Positions 10,961 through 24,132 of a stretch of DNA of 64,000 nucleotides are shown here, piece by piece (positions within the stretch are counted from its first letter, which is position 1; each line of letters opens with the position of its first letter). The translations under genes and the position numbers were made by a program. Under the pieces are notes generated by a model. The model worked only from the letters and a program-made list of their open reading frames with translations. It was not told the origin of the DNA and searched no databases. This DNA is from Neodothiora populina. Lineage: Eukaryota. Location of the stretch: positions 1,426,001-1,490,000 of the forward strand of contig NW_027191417.1 of NCBI RefSeq assembly GCF_041146345.1, in the 5' to 3' direction.

Positions 10961-12368
10961 TCAACGATGTCGCCTGAATGCCTCTTGAACACTGACACCA
11001 GCCTCGACATCAGCAAAAACGGCATCATCAGCTGCTTTGACCGCGGGTAGCATTTCCAGCAGTTCGGAGAGCCTGTTCCTTGGAATGACCACTACACCTC
11101 TCTCAGAGGCGTCGGCGAATAAGATGTCACCCTGAGAAGTCACCCCACAACAGTCAGCCCCTTCTACTCATTCTCCCCATATGGGCGACGCAGTCAAGGC
11201 ATGAGTACAGAACGCAGAAGGGAGAGGAACAGAGAGTAAAGAACAGACATACCTCATCGACGCCGACAACCCCAATCCTGAGCCTGACTCCCACCGCAAA
11301 CGCCTTAGCCTGCAGTCCCGACCCAACAGTACTAGTCCCTTTACTCCAGACCACAAACCCTTCGTCCTCGTCTCTCTTTCCTCCTTCCTCTCCCTCCCCA
11401 TCCCCTCCTCGTTGCGTCGTCGAAGACCCACAACTCCACCGCCCAAGCGCCCTCAAATCCCTAACCCGCCCATCGACCACAACGCCCCTGACACCTCTGA
11501 GCTTCAGCCGCGTGGCGAGGATGTCGCCTACCACGGCACAGCTTTGGTTCGGAGGCTGTTGGATCACGCAGATCGAGTGAGGGGTGGGGAGGTCGGTCCA
11601 GTGCGTTTCGGGAGAGATGTTGGATTTGGTCGATGCTTCTGGGCCTGGATTTGGTTCTTCGGGCGAGGATGAGGAAGGGGGGCAATGGAGGGGTGTGAAG
11701 AGGACGGTGCTTATGGGCGCGACTGTTATTGCTGTTGTTGGGTCTTGGGCTTGGGATTGTGGAAATGAGGATATGGGGAGGGGGACTGGGAGGTTTTTTT
11801 TTCGCGTTAGATGGATATGTTTGAATCTTCACGTCTGATGAAGATGGTGAACTCGAACATGGTGTCGTGTTCTCCCGATCATGCAAGAAATATGTCGTCT
11901 TGTGGGTCCGCGGCATTGAGAGTGGGGAATAAATCAGGTGTATGTATGTGATCTCACGGCATAGGGGTATACAACATTGCGAAAGTAGATAAATACCAGA
12001 AGTAAGAAAACACGAAAACCACATACCGATATCAGGCAAGAACCCAGCCCCAGGGACTTTTAGTTTCAAGAGACAATCCGAGATCTATCGATTTTTTCAA
12101 TCCCAATCAGCTGACCCTCTTTCATACATCTTCCATACACCCAGCACCAAGAAACAAATCCCTTCCCCCCGAACGGATTTTGGGAAGGCAGTGAAAAACG
12201 ACCGATCAAGCAGGAGAACAAACGAACGCATTGTAGGTGCAAGGACAGGGTCACTCTCCAGACTCGACAAGCGGTACATGACGGGTGTATAAGGAACGGA
12301 CATACATCGCAAGCACTATACTCTCCACTCGCCAGCTCCCGTACCTGGCGAGAGAATGCCTCGTCCAT
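10961..12368 (-). CDS. RraA-like / HMG-CHA aldolase family protein
   Basis: Exons 12368-12306, 12084-12027, 11785-11253, 11131-10961 splice in frame. Motifs YSACDISDCL, AVVGDILATR, GVVVDGRVRD, GDILFAD..GVVVIP. Confidence 0.85.
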
Positions 12369-13787
12369 TCTGTTTGGTTGGTTGGTTGGTTGGGTGCCGA
12401 TTTCGCTCGGGTTGTTCTTTGGACGGGGAGGGACGTGGTCAACTTTCCTCTCGTCCGTAGACGTTTGGAGTTTGATTAACACTTCTTCGTCGTTTGTTCG
12501 CCTCTACAATCTCATGTGGTATTGATAGGGTGGAAATGGCTTGAGAATGAGGATAGATACTGGCGAGCCCAGCGCAGGTGTCACCGTGTCGGAGGTGCAG
12601 CATGGTATGATATGGTACAAGTGTAAAGTATAGTATTACCCGAGGTCGTCGCTGGGCCGGAAAGCCTACTGTACTTCTAGCTGTCTCGCCCGATTGTACT
12701 GTGCTGCGAACAGTGCTTGTTATATTCATAGTCATCAAGAGGTCAATCTTTTGTACTCAAATGTATTCGGGTAGGCAGTGTAGAAAAACCTTTGATCAGG
12801 ACTGGGAAGTGTAATTATCATTGGTATACGGCAGTGTCACGATTTGTTTCTCTGGTTGATGTTGCTGTTGTCATGAGGGCCTTGGATGGTCTTGGATTGT
12901 TATAGTGTTCTGAAAATTGGTATCTCACTCCTTGACTCGATCTTTCGAAGCAGTGCTGAAACAACATATATGATGGCATTTAAAGATGTCTACATATATG
13001 CTGTTTGGAAATGTCATCTATTGCTGTAGAGCTCAATGTGCTTTTACTTGCGTGTCTTCACTTCTCTAGTATTCACCTATCCAAAGGCATGATCCGTTTA
13101 ATATGCTTTACACCACAGATTCATACAGCGCGAGGCACAATTGCATCCGTTCTCAGCCTTAGCCACGTAACTTGGTCCATCATGACATCGCAGTAAGATA
13201 GGCATGGTGACTGCATGACTTCGAGTATCGATCTCGTGAGGAAACACTTTGACTTGTATAAAAGAAGAATTATGATTAATTAACTATAAAGGGACTTTCT
13301 CTAATGACATCACTCGTCTAACTATCACAACTCTTTAGCATCTGCAACCTGAGATGTACACCTGAGTTAGTCCTTTCGATTAAGAGAATAACATAGTCGA
13401 GTATGAGCGACCATTTCAGAAATCGCGACTACGCAAGTCTGCAAACAAGCGGGGGACAAAAGGAATAGGGAAGCAAAGATATCTAAGCGCAAGGCCCACC
13501 ATCGTGCTTAGAGCTATAGGTGGGATAAGAGTAAACAGGGTGTTCGCGGAACTAACGACATCAGAAGGTCGTAAGCAACGGATGAATAAACGAGAGAATC
13601 ACTGCCACAGTATAGTCCATCGATCAGCATCTTGTCAAGACCGCCTTTGTAATCCCTTTTGTGATATAAGCATAAGTCATCTTCGAGTCTGATCTGCTTC
13701 TGCTTCTTTATCCTTGTTGCTTGGCTTCTTGTTATTATAATCCCTCGAATCGACCAAGATCTTCGTTCGCCTCGTGGTCGACGTCGC

Positions 13788-15210
13788 ATGTCTGTTCGTG
13801 CTCTCTCGGCTCAAGCTACTTTTACTACTGCTATTAGACTGCCGTGCAGACGGATCTGGACACAGAGCGGATATAATCAGCTGCGTCTATTTTCTTGCTC
13901 GAGCAGCAGATATTACACAATGGGCGAAACTGTGAGTAGTGCTGTCTTCATATCTCTTTCTTTTCTGTAGCATACACATTGCGTCTCCCCTGCGTTTTTA
14001 CGAGATATTCGCATTTTTGCCAGTCTATATTGCGCCTTTTGCGGTCTCGAAGTTGTCGAGGATGTTCATGTATCACCCTTGATTTTCGATAAATCTCATT
14101 CTCTTTCTCATCCAACAGAGACTCCCTCACAAGGATTAAAAAGGGATCTCTATACTCCTTAACTTTCTCTAAATTCGATGAACAAGAAAACAGACACCCG
14201 AAACTAACAACCCATCCCCCCTTCAGAAACAAATGAAAGCCGCAATCCTAACCTCCTTCGGCGGGCCCTCGGTCCTCCAAATCCAAAACAAACCCATCCC
14301 AACGCCGCAGAAAGGCCAAGTTCTAATCCGCGTGAAAGCCTTCGGACTGAACCGCTCCGAGCTCTTCACGCGACAAGGCCACTCGCCAGGGATCAAGCCA
14401 GGCCGAATCCTAGGCATCGAAGCCGTGGGCGTCGTGGCGTCCTGTCCCGGGACTGAAGTTCACGAGGGCGCCACAGTGGCGACTGCCATGGGAGGCATGG
14501 GTCGAGTCTTCGATGGTGGGTATGCTGAGTATACTGTTGTGCCCGCGGCGCAGGTGCAGGTTATTGACAACGAGCGCAACAAGCTCTCGTGGGAGGTTTT
14601 GGGCGCCATGCCTGAGATGTTGCAGACGGCTTGGGGGAGTTTGTTCCTGGCGATGCAGCTGAAGGAGGGAGAGTCGTTGCTTGTTCGTGGAGGCACGACG
14701 TCGGTCGGTCTTGCGGCGACGGCGATCGCGAAGGCTCATGGCGTTACGGTGGCGGCGACGACTAGGTCTGAGTCGAAGAGACAGGCCCTGTTGGATAATG
14801 GCGCTGACTATGTCTTTGTCGATGACGGATCTATCGCTGAGCAGGTCACGAAAAAGTATCCTGGGGGAGTGGACAAGACGCTCGAACTCATTGGTGTCAC
14901 TACGCTCAAGGACTCTCTGAAGTGCACGCGCCAGGGCGGTATCTGTTGCATGACTGGCATCGTAGGGAACAAGTGGACGCTCGAGGAGGTGAACCCTATG
15001 GAGTTCATACCTTTGGGCGTGTGCTTGACTGCGTATAGTGGCGGCACTGAAGAGTTCAAGCAAACCCCACTTCAGGAGCTGGCGGATCAGATCGGAGATG
15101 GTAAGATGAAGTTGGCGATCGGAAAGACTTTCAAACTCGATGAGATCGAGAAGGCACACGAGCTCATGGATTCTAATGGTGCTGGGGGCAAGATTGTCGT
15201 TCTTACTTGA
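13788..15210 (+). CDS. Medium-chain dehydrogenase/reductase, zinc-free quinone-oxidoreductase type
   Basis: Core ORF 14233-15210 ([36 protein letters not shown]). Upstream exon 13788-13931 joins in phase 0 via intron 13932-14226 (GTGAGT..CTAAC..CAG); the first exon is less certain than the core. Confidence 0.88.
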
Positions 15211-15524
15211 GGGAGATTGATAGCCCACTAGTAGCTCTAATAATTATCGAACAATGGACTTCTTCGACTACACAGCGCTATTGCGTGTCTACTCACAGTT
15301 CTGCAGATTATCTCTACGTCAGCAACCTCTGACGACTGGAGTTCATGCGTAGCTGAAATGTTCATGACAAGACTAATAGACATATTGGTATTGCGCAAAC
15401 ATGGAGTGCAATCTTCACGCTTCCGTAAATCCATGGAAACTCGGAGCAGATGCTTCGAAACCTTCCTCTTTTCCCCAGTCCATTATACTTAGATATACCC
15501 GCTCGTTGCAACACCCGGATCCGT

Positions 15525-18500
15525 TCAGTCCATAGATTCGACAAGCTCAATGGAATCGCCAAATTCCTCGGCGAGCCATTTTCTGAGTTCTTCCATTTCA
15601 GCATCTTTGGCCACGCTAGGATCAACCATGTTCGAGGGAAGAGGCGAGTCGTGGCTGGCGGTGATCATAGATCTACCGAATCGAGGTATTCCACTTTGAA
15701 AAACAGTAGGGTCATCACCTTTGGGTCTTTTCGCCTCGATAGCACAACCAGCCTCGTCTGGTGCCTTACGCTTCTCGGGGTCCACCGCTAGGAGATATAG
15801 ACTCGAGCTTGAGGGTGGCAAGTAAGGAACAGCGCCAGACCTTTGCTGCGAGACGAACAGACAAGAATCGCTGGATGGCACGGGGAAAGTACACCGAGTT
15901 TCGTGATCTGAGCGCATGGAACAGCCGATGTCACGATCAATGGTGGATGGACTTCCTGCTGCATCACTCAACTCTTGTAGTTTATGTGAGTCTTCTGCCC
16001 CAATCAAGGCTGCATCGAGCAGATCTGAGTCATCCTCCACATAGGCAGACTCGGCAGTTGTAACGTCTCGCCGTTGTGCTTCCATCTCACGATCTCCACG
16101 ATTGCGTGGGAAAGTGCTCGGATCGGGAAGATCATCCACCATTGCAATATCGAAGAAGTCATCAGGAAAAGGGTCGTCGTACTCATTAGGAGAATTCAAC
16201 CCCGTACCATTGTCAAGCATCGCTTGTTGAGGCGACTTCTGGTCTCTCAATGTAGGGATGCGATTCGTGCTAGCTGTGTTCTTGTGTAGGAGTGACAGAC
16301 TCGTTACCGAAGACGATGTCGGAATGGGGTGTCGCCTGTTGGCAGGACTGGCCTTGGAAAGATCAATGTGCTCTAGTTGGGCTGATGTAGTTCCAGCTTG
16401 AGGCTTTCGTTTCTGTGACTTCAAGACAAGTTTTGATTGTGTTTTGCTCCCCAGTTTCTCACTGATCTTCCTTAAGCCTTGATTGACACCAGTTGAAGCC
16501 TTAGGCTTCGGTTTCGTCTTCGGCTCCGGCTTCGACTTCGACTTCGACTTCGGCTTGCCACTGAGCCCTTCTCTACAGCAGAGATGTGCGCAGGAAGTCT
16601 TGTCTTTGCAATGATGGCTGCACGCCCATTTACCGTTTGCCAGCCGGGTCAATGGCTTCGAATGTGTCTCTTCATGTCCACCAGCATCACTTTCGAACTC
16701 ATCAACGTCACCAAACTCGTCTCCACCTTCGGCAGCTTTCTCGAACTCAGCATCATCGATACCACCATCGTCCCACTCCTCGATCCTGTTGTCAGAGTTG
16801 TGTGGAAGCGCAGACGTACCTTTGACCGTATAACCAGCTGAAGGATTGCTGTTGGGTACGGCTTGTGAAGTGAAGCGAGGATCGTACACTTCTTCAATCG
16901 ATTGAAAGGCATCTGTTGGTATAGCTGGATCTATCCTCACTTGCTTCAAGGTTCCAGCTTTGAAAGTAGCAAATCAGTGAACGGAGAGGATGATTGCGGC
17001 ATTGAGCGCCTACCTAATTCGTCACACATTGCAGAGCAATTCATGAAATGCGTCGCCCGCTTGAGCTTCGCCTTGAACATGATCGGGCCTGCCTTATCGA
17101 TCTTCTGCGCACTGCGTGTGCGAATTAGCCAGAACGAGAGTCTTATCCTGAGGAGCATATACCTGATACGGCAGAAATGCAAACTCCGGCCGTCTGACGT
17201 CTCTGCAAGTATGATTACAAAGACAGGCTTTTTTCGAAAGTAAATCGGAGGCTTGTCATTAAGAAAGCCCACATCGATTGCTAGATCAATCGTAACGCAG
17301 TCCCCCCTTCTGATCATCTGTGGGAATCAATATTGTGTTCACTTCAAAGCGGCCAAGAATCTTACATATTGACCATGAGTTCGTATGTTTAGTCTGAGTT
17401 GAGGAAATGACTTCGCATCATTGAGAATCCTATGCACAAAAGCTGGATTTTTGCCCAATGCTCGCTCAATCCGTCCGGAATCAGTGAGCACTAGGTCTTC
17501 AATGCTGTTGATATCGGCAGCAACGAGTTTCTTGACAGCAACAGGCCCGAGTTGGTCAATTTGTCGCAGCACGAGTGGTGAGTCATCCCATACTTTTGCT
17601 GCGAAGCTCCGTGAAAGTAACAGGGAATTGCGGATACCTACAGCATCTTCTTGGTATGTCTGGCAATCAACGATACACCTTACCAACCGGTGAACATGCT
17701 GAAAAATCAAGTTTTGATCAAGTGTATATTGACTTCGGTGGATTGTGTCATTCAAGGAGGTCTCGACACCGCCCAATATCGCCTGTATCAATAAAGTGAC
17801 CTTGTGTGCTGTTAAGGCGATGTCGACTTTGATGGGAAAGCGCATGCCGGGAGCTTTGTTTATCTCTTTATAGAGCTGCTTTTCTCCAGACCGGAGACGT
17901 ATCTCTCGAAATTCACACGCTTGAGCCAGTGTCGATAGCTGAGTACACGTCAGCAAGGAAAGCCTGCAGAGCAAAACAACCGCTCACTTACGATTTCTGA
18001 AGTCTTCGGCTTTTCTGGAATACTCATTATGCCGACCATGGTGTCTAGATTGACATAGTAGCGCGCCATAGCTTCGCCATACTCGGTTAACTTCAAATCA
18101 AAGTTGTCGATAGCAAGGTTATTGTCCGTCAATTGAGCAATAGCTGTACGGCATATCTTCTCGAGTCTGTCATCCAGGGAATCCCCTGCCGTGTCTCCTT
18201 GGATGTTGTAATGACGCGGATTTTCGCACAGACGGACGCGTAGAAAAGTCCCGTGAAGCCATATCTTTGCTGACTGTAGGTTCTTCACGGTTCCGAGTCC
18301 AATTTCAGCATTCAGGTGCTCTATGAGATTCAAATGCAGGCTATGAGTTTATTCAGCTGTCTTGCTGTTGCCCTTGTCCACAAGGCAAACTTACCAGCTC
18401 TCTAATTGCTCCTGTCCACTTACCATTTGCTCGTAGTGACGAACCTGTGTCATCTTCGTCATGATCACGGACACCGCACTATGGTCAAACTGCGGACGTC

Positions 18501-20479
18501 CTGCTCGGCCGATCATTTGCATGATGTCAAGATCAGAATACTCTTTGATGCTATTGCCTTCGTAGCCGCAAGTGTTCTTGATAATGACCATATGACACGG
18601 CAGGTTCACTCCAACGCTGAGGGTAGACGTGCAACATAGGACGTTGATACTCCCATCAAGATAAGCTCGTTCAATCGTCATACGATCGTTTTGACTCAGA
18701 CCACCGTGATGAACGGCAACTCCGGCGGCAAGAGTATCTGGAACGTTAGCAGGCACATGACCTGGGCAAAGAGGTACCAACTTTGGAGGTCCCTGTCCTC
18801 CACTTTGACCGTACCACTTGGGGCAGCCCAGTATCTTTGGTTCGGACCGAGAGTAGTCCACCATTGTGAAAGCGACTTCGCTGCCTCAGAAGAGGACTTT
18901 CTGGTGAAGCAAAATATCATGATAGGCTTCTTCTGTGAATACCTGACTATTACCTCTGGCAGCCTACGCAACAACAAGATTAGTTATGACTCAGTCTTCA
19001 GCAGTGCAGATCGAGATACTTCTTGTTCAAAAATGAATCGAATGCGAATGCGTTGGAGCTGGATTGGTAGCCGCAAACATGCTTCTGTAAGCGTACTGGT
19101 CGAAATTCCTCGCCAAATCTCTCGCGCGTTGCAGGAATGCTTGAGTTTGTGGGATCTCGTCCCAGCCAGGTGGCGATATCGTGTGAGTTGGGCACAGTCG
19201 CCGATAGAGCTACGAAGCGTATGTCGGACCCGATCGACTTCATACGCGAGACGACAGCCTCAAGCGTAGCACCCCGATCTTTGCCGAGAATGTGGACCTC
19301 ATCGATGAGAAACAGCTTGATGAGTCGGACCAACTTCTCGTGATCTCTCCATTTTCGAGTCATACTGTCCCACTTCTCAGGGGTTGTGACAATGATGTCT
19401 ACAGACTGGACGTTGCGCAGAGCAACCGCATCTGAATCTCCGGTCAATTCCTCGCACTGTAAACCAATGACTGAGAATTTGGTCTTCCAGTCCTGCCTTC
19501 TTTCGGCACACAATGCTTTTGTAGGAGCCATGTACACCACTTTGAAAGTGCCAACGTTCCACGAATGTACGAGTCGACAGATGGCAAGCTCGAAAATGAC
19601 CGTCTTACCACTACCTGTTGGCGAAGATAGTACGAAGTTATGGCTGGTCTCGTAGATACTCGCAAAGCATTTGGATTGTACAGCATTGAAGAACCGATAT
19701 GGAAAGATTGTACGGAATCGATCCGGAAGTACATTTAGCAAAACAAGTCTGATACCCTGCACGATCGGTTGCGCTGAATTACGATGGGCTTCAATATTAC
19801 CACCGGCGGGAGGTCTGAGTTGTGCAGATGGGTCATCCAGATGTACCTCTCGACATCTTGTATCGTCGAGAGACTGAGCACTGGCATATTCTTTCGGAAG
19901 ACGTCTATTACTCGCTTGGTATGCTGGACTAGTAAGTGTCACGATGCCGGAAGACGGACATTCGACCAAACTATCGATTGGTTCGTGCATCACTCGGGCT
20001 GCTTCTGGTCAACATCATGAAAATGCATGCTATTCGGGATTGTATACACAAACCGAAGGGAGGTACATGTTCTGCATGTCTATTGCCAATGCGTGGGATT
20101 GGCTGTACGTGACCTGCGTGGCCGAATGGTTCATGTGGTAGTGACATGCAAGCTCGACCGGCAGCAGCCCGGGCCTGCCTAGAGGTGACGTCTGGCTGTC
20201 TAAGCAATTCTCGATCTGCTCAGCGTTAGACTTGACGGAGCGATTCATCCAACGATACTGACCAAAATCATCCAGCTCGTAAGGCTCCTCCAAAACAAGA
20301 TCGTTGGCTTGGTAGGGTTCTTGCTCGTGGTAGTGATCCTCGTACGGAAGCTGTGGACGTTGATGCGGTACAGCTGGGGCAACTATGCTTCCTGAATATG
20401 CTGCTTCATCGTTGGCATATTCCGGACACAAGGAGTTTCGCTGGAGGCGATCTAGTGCATCAAACATGGAGTCGCCCAT
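15525..20479 (-). CDS. MER3: Meiotic ATP-dependent DNA helicase MER3/HFM1 (Ski2-like DExH, Sec63 domain)
   Basis: 10 exons, 9 GT-AG introns reconstructed in frame. SPTGSGKT, DEVH, SAT, QMIGRAGRPQFD, HLNAEIGLG, Sec63 region and C-terminal WACSHHCKDKTSCAHLCC zinc motif. Start codon approximate. Confidence 0.92.
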
Positions 20480-20853
20480 CGTCTTGATATCGTCTGAATA
20501 GTGGATGTTCGATTCGAGGGGAAGAAAACGGGCGCTTATAAATGGAAGAATAAGCGTGACTTCCAAAACCATTGAGCCAACCTCAGACTTCTCCAATGAG
20601 CCGCGATAGCATCGCTCCTTCCGCAAGGCAGCAGGCAATTAGGTTCGGCGACCGAGAACACCCGCTACCTTATATAGAGACATATCGGACTTCTGAATTT
20701 CGTTCCTCCCTCAAAGTATGTCTACGTGCCGACTGATTTTAATGGCTTACCACATCAAAAGACAGTCAGTGCTGCATGTTCAAGATAGGCAAGTGAGAAA
20801 AGATGTAGAGAGTATCATGACGTTTCATTCAGCAGGAGTGACATAGTTGCTAC

Positions 20854-22327
20854 CTACTCCTCTCTTTTCGAGAAACTGCCACTACTAAAGTGGCGTCGTT
20901 CAAAGGTAGGCGTACCCGGTCTACTCGTCGTGTGTGCTTCCCCGCGCATCGGTGACCTGAGATTCTTTGGAGGGTTGGCCTGCACGTCGAGAGAAGATCG
21001 ACCGCCGCCAATCGTCGTTTTCTCGTACTCCGCTATCGAGATCGGAGCAGGACGGTGAGATTGTGCGTCACTGCTGTAAAGATAGGTTGCGAGCAATACG
21101 ACAGCAGTGCCAACAACGAACTGCAAGGAAGGTCAGTGGAAGGAGCTTCTGTGTTTTTCTTTTCCGGGAAAAGACTTACGCTCGCGGTGATTTCGAAATC
21201 AAAGAACCAGACGCTGGCAAGAAGACTGACGACAATACTGATACTTGTCGCAAAATTCTTGGCAATATTGTGAGCGTAGTTGACGACCAGCGCTACAACG
21301 ACGCCTCCAAATGCCTGAAGGGTAATAGTGGTCCACACGGCCCAATTATAACCACTGAAGAACCCGTCTCTTGCGATATCTGCTCCATCCTTGAAGATGA
21401 CTCCAATGAAAAGGGCCGGAAACAAAGAGTAGAACGATAGTTGCACATTGCGAACCCACACGGATGCGGGCGTGGCAGTGTTCTTGAGAATTTTCTCAAA
21501 ATAAACGCCTGCCAGTCCAGATATAACACACGCAGTGATTACAGCAGCCAGACCAACGGAACCGTTGAGTTGTGGGTGTTGCATTGCAAAGTCTTGTTCA
21601 ATCCCCTCGTATGTGGCCGACCGTTTGTGTATATTGTTGGCGGCTCTGCCTAGATCGCGCAAGCCTGTAATGGACCGTGGGAAATGGAAGCCGGTGTGGC
21701 CTTCCTTGAGATCTTTTAAGGTTGGGACATCAGGTTCAGAAGGTATTTGGACAATAGCCACACCCACCATCAAGAGCACCAAGGACAGCCACTTTCTCAG
21801 ACTCAACGACATGCCGAGCATTGTCACACTGAAGATGGCGGTGGTGAGGATCTTCATTTGGTATGTGACCTGGAAGGTAGCAGCATTCAAGTTGCTGACG
21901 GCTAGGAACTGAAGCGAGTTTTGCAGGGTATATAGTATAGCCGGAATAGCCAGCTGCCAGCTATCCCCAGTGAAGACAAGTCGTAAGAGCTCCTTGAATA
22001 GGGACGTGGCTGGTAGAGAAGAATGCGCAGAGGCAGACAGGTCGTACAGTGCCATGGTGATGGATATGGCTAGTTTTATGACCTCGTTAAGAAAGACTGC
22101 GGTGGATGTGTAGTAGCGATGGCCGCCCACTGTAGGCATGACGCGAGAATAGTGCATGATCAGGATCAATGCAGAGTTTTGAAAGGTCAACTGCGAATCA
22201 AGATAGTCAGCAGACACTTCAGTACTCGAGTGAAAGTAAAGACATGAGCACCCACTGTGATCAAAGAGAGATGTTTAATGCTAACACCCCATACTTGAGG
22301 TGCACGGCGAGAGTCCATGGCAGGCAT
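20854..22327 (-). CDS. Nucleotide-sugar (UDP-galactose) transporter, SLC35A/Gms1 family
   Basis: Exons 22327(or 22318)-22256, 22190-21180, 21120-20854. Motifs PAILYTLQNSL, FQVTYQMKILTTA, GVYFEKILK, WVRNVQL, NIAKNFATSISI. Confidence 0.9.
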
Positions 22328-24132
22328 GGCTCGCGCAGGTCATGTGTAGTCGACAAGATTCCGGGTTCTAGGAGGTTTATTACAGGATGAGACCAAGACC
22401 AAGACCAGGACCCGACCAGGCGATGAAAGAGGGTGAAGATGCAGTAATAAACAAATTCACGATGGAAAAAGACGCACAGGATGCTATGCTGGAGAATAGT
22501 GGTACATGTAAGAAAGAGACAGAGACAGAGATTGGGTTTCAGAACCAGGAGATTGCACCGAAAGTCGCCATCGACATTGATCAAGTACTAGATATAAGGA
22601 TAAACTTGGTCGACGCATGGCAAGCGCGGGGAGGATCCTGGAGATCTCCCTTTCCCGCGGCGGTGTGGCTTGGACGCGTGCATGACACTGACAAACACCG
22701 GGGGATTACCGTATAAAAAGATAATGGTGACGACAGGGTCAAGACTGCCGAGCAAACGGTCAACGAAGGTTATAAAAGTCAACCCCGCAATCCTGGATGC
22801 TTTGGTATAATGCTTACAATGACAAGATGAAGAGAGTCGAGTAGCCATGGGGAGTTGAATGACTCAAGCAATCAGACCGCGTGCGCGGTGTGTGGGATAA
22901 GTGACGATCGGAATACTTGTACAGGACGAATAGAGTTGCACACAGAGAGAGAGACCCTGTAGGCGTTTACCGCGGCAGACATGGATCACTTTTATTTTAT
23001 AGAAGGTATGTTAAGTATCGGCGCTGTTAATGCAGCTTGTTCTATACGTCCCTGGAACACTTGCGAACGGTCGCCATCGCCTCGCTGAAATCTACATAAT
23101 CCTTCAATGAACCTTGTGATCGTTTCGTAGAAAGTCAATAGCAGCAACAGAGTTGGATTTATAAGGTAAGGCGACCCCCAAGTACATAGTACCAAAGAGT
23201 ACCAGTCATGTGAGTAGGATTTTCAGCTAGCTCTAGGTGGTTCCATCCTCGAGTCTGCACTGCAGTACTTGAAGTAAGCTCTACCTTCCTCTATCCTGTA
23301 TAAGATATAGGTCAATATACAAGGCTAGCGAAGAATTTGTGACCTGACCGGTACATTGTCTTTCTCGCTTGCTGCTTTGCTAAGTAAGGCTGTGGGATAC
23401 TTGGTGTGCATTGTGGTTAGTACGAAGACGGTGTGACATGGTGTACGGAGGTACATATAAACTATAGAATGCACAGTAGATGATCAGGCACACGGGCAAA
23501 ACAAAGCGTCAAAGCCGTCCGACGCATTCAGCCCTGAGGCCTCTTCTGCCGCTTTCGTCGGCAGACCAGCCAGTAGTTATCTGTATTGCATCTGTGTCGC
23601 ACAACCTACTGTACTGTATAGGGCTGAGCTCGCGTCCCCCAGAGTCTTGGAGTGATGTTTGTGCATCAAACACACCTACCTTGGATTTGTTAAGGTACAA
23701 TAAGGTAAAGCAAGGTACACTAAGTACCACTAGTAGCTGCGTTCTGTTCGCGGATATCACAGTCCTGTGTCTCTGGACAGAAGCACCGAGCATCAAGGTG
23801 CAGGCACGCGTCAACCACCATTTTTCAAGGTATCCCAAGATACTCCAACACATCGTCGCTCTTTCCTCTTTCCGTAAGTCTCCCTTCCACTTTCATTCAG
23901 AAGACAAAAGTAGGGGCGCAGAAGCCATCGTTGCTGGACGATCGATGGATCCAACACCAGGAATGAAGATCTGATCTCATCCATACCGAACACAGCTACA
24001 ACGTTTCCATCATCCCAGTTTTCTGCCTTCCTCGCTCGGTTGGCTTACATCTGGCCTCACAGTACAGTCACCTCTTGCCTCTCACGGCACTGAATATCTA
24101 CTCCATTAATGCTGCGCTGATCGCCCTCACAC

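Noticed and set aside
14410..15228. 272-aa minus-strand ORF
   Set aside because: Antisense to the MDR gene; expected from codon bias.
22387..22716. 109-aa ORF MRPRPRPGPDQ...
   Set aside because: Lies antisense in the pyrimidine-rich 5' leader of the transporter; openness is explained by purine bias and short repeats.
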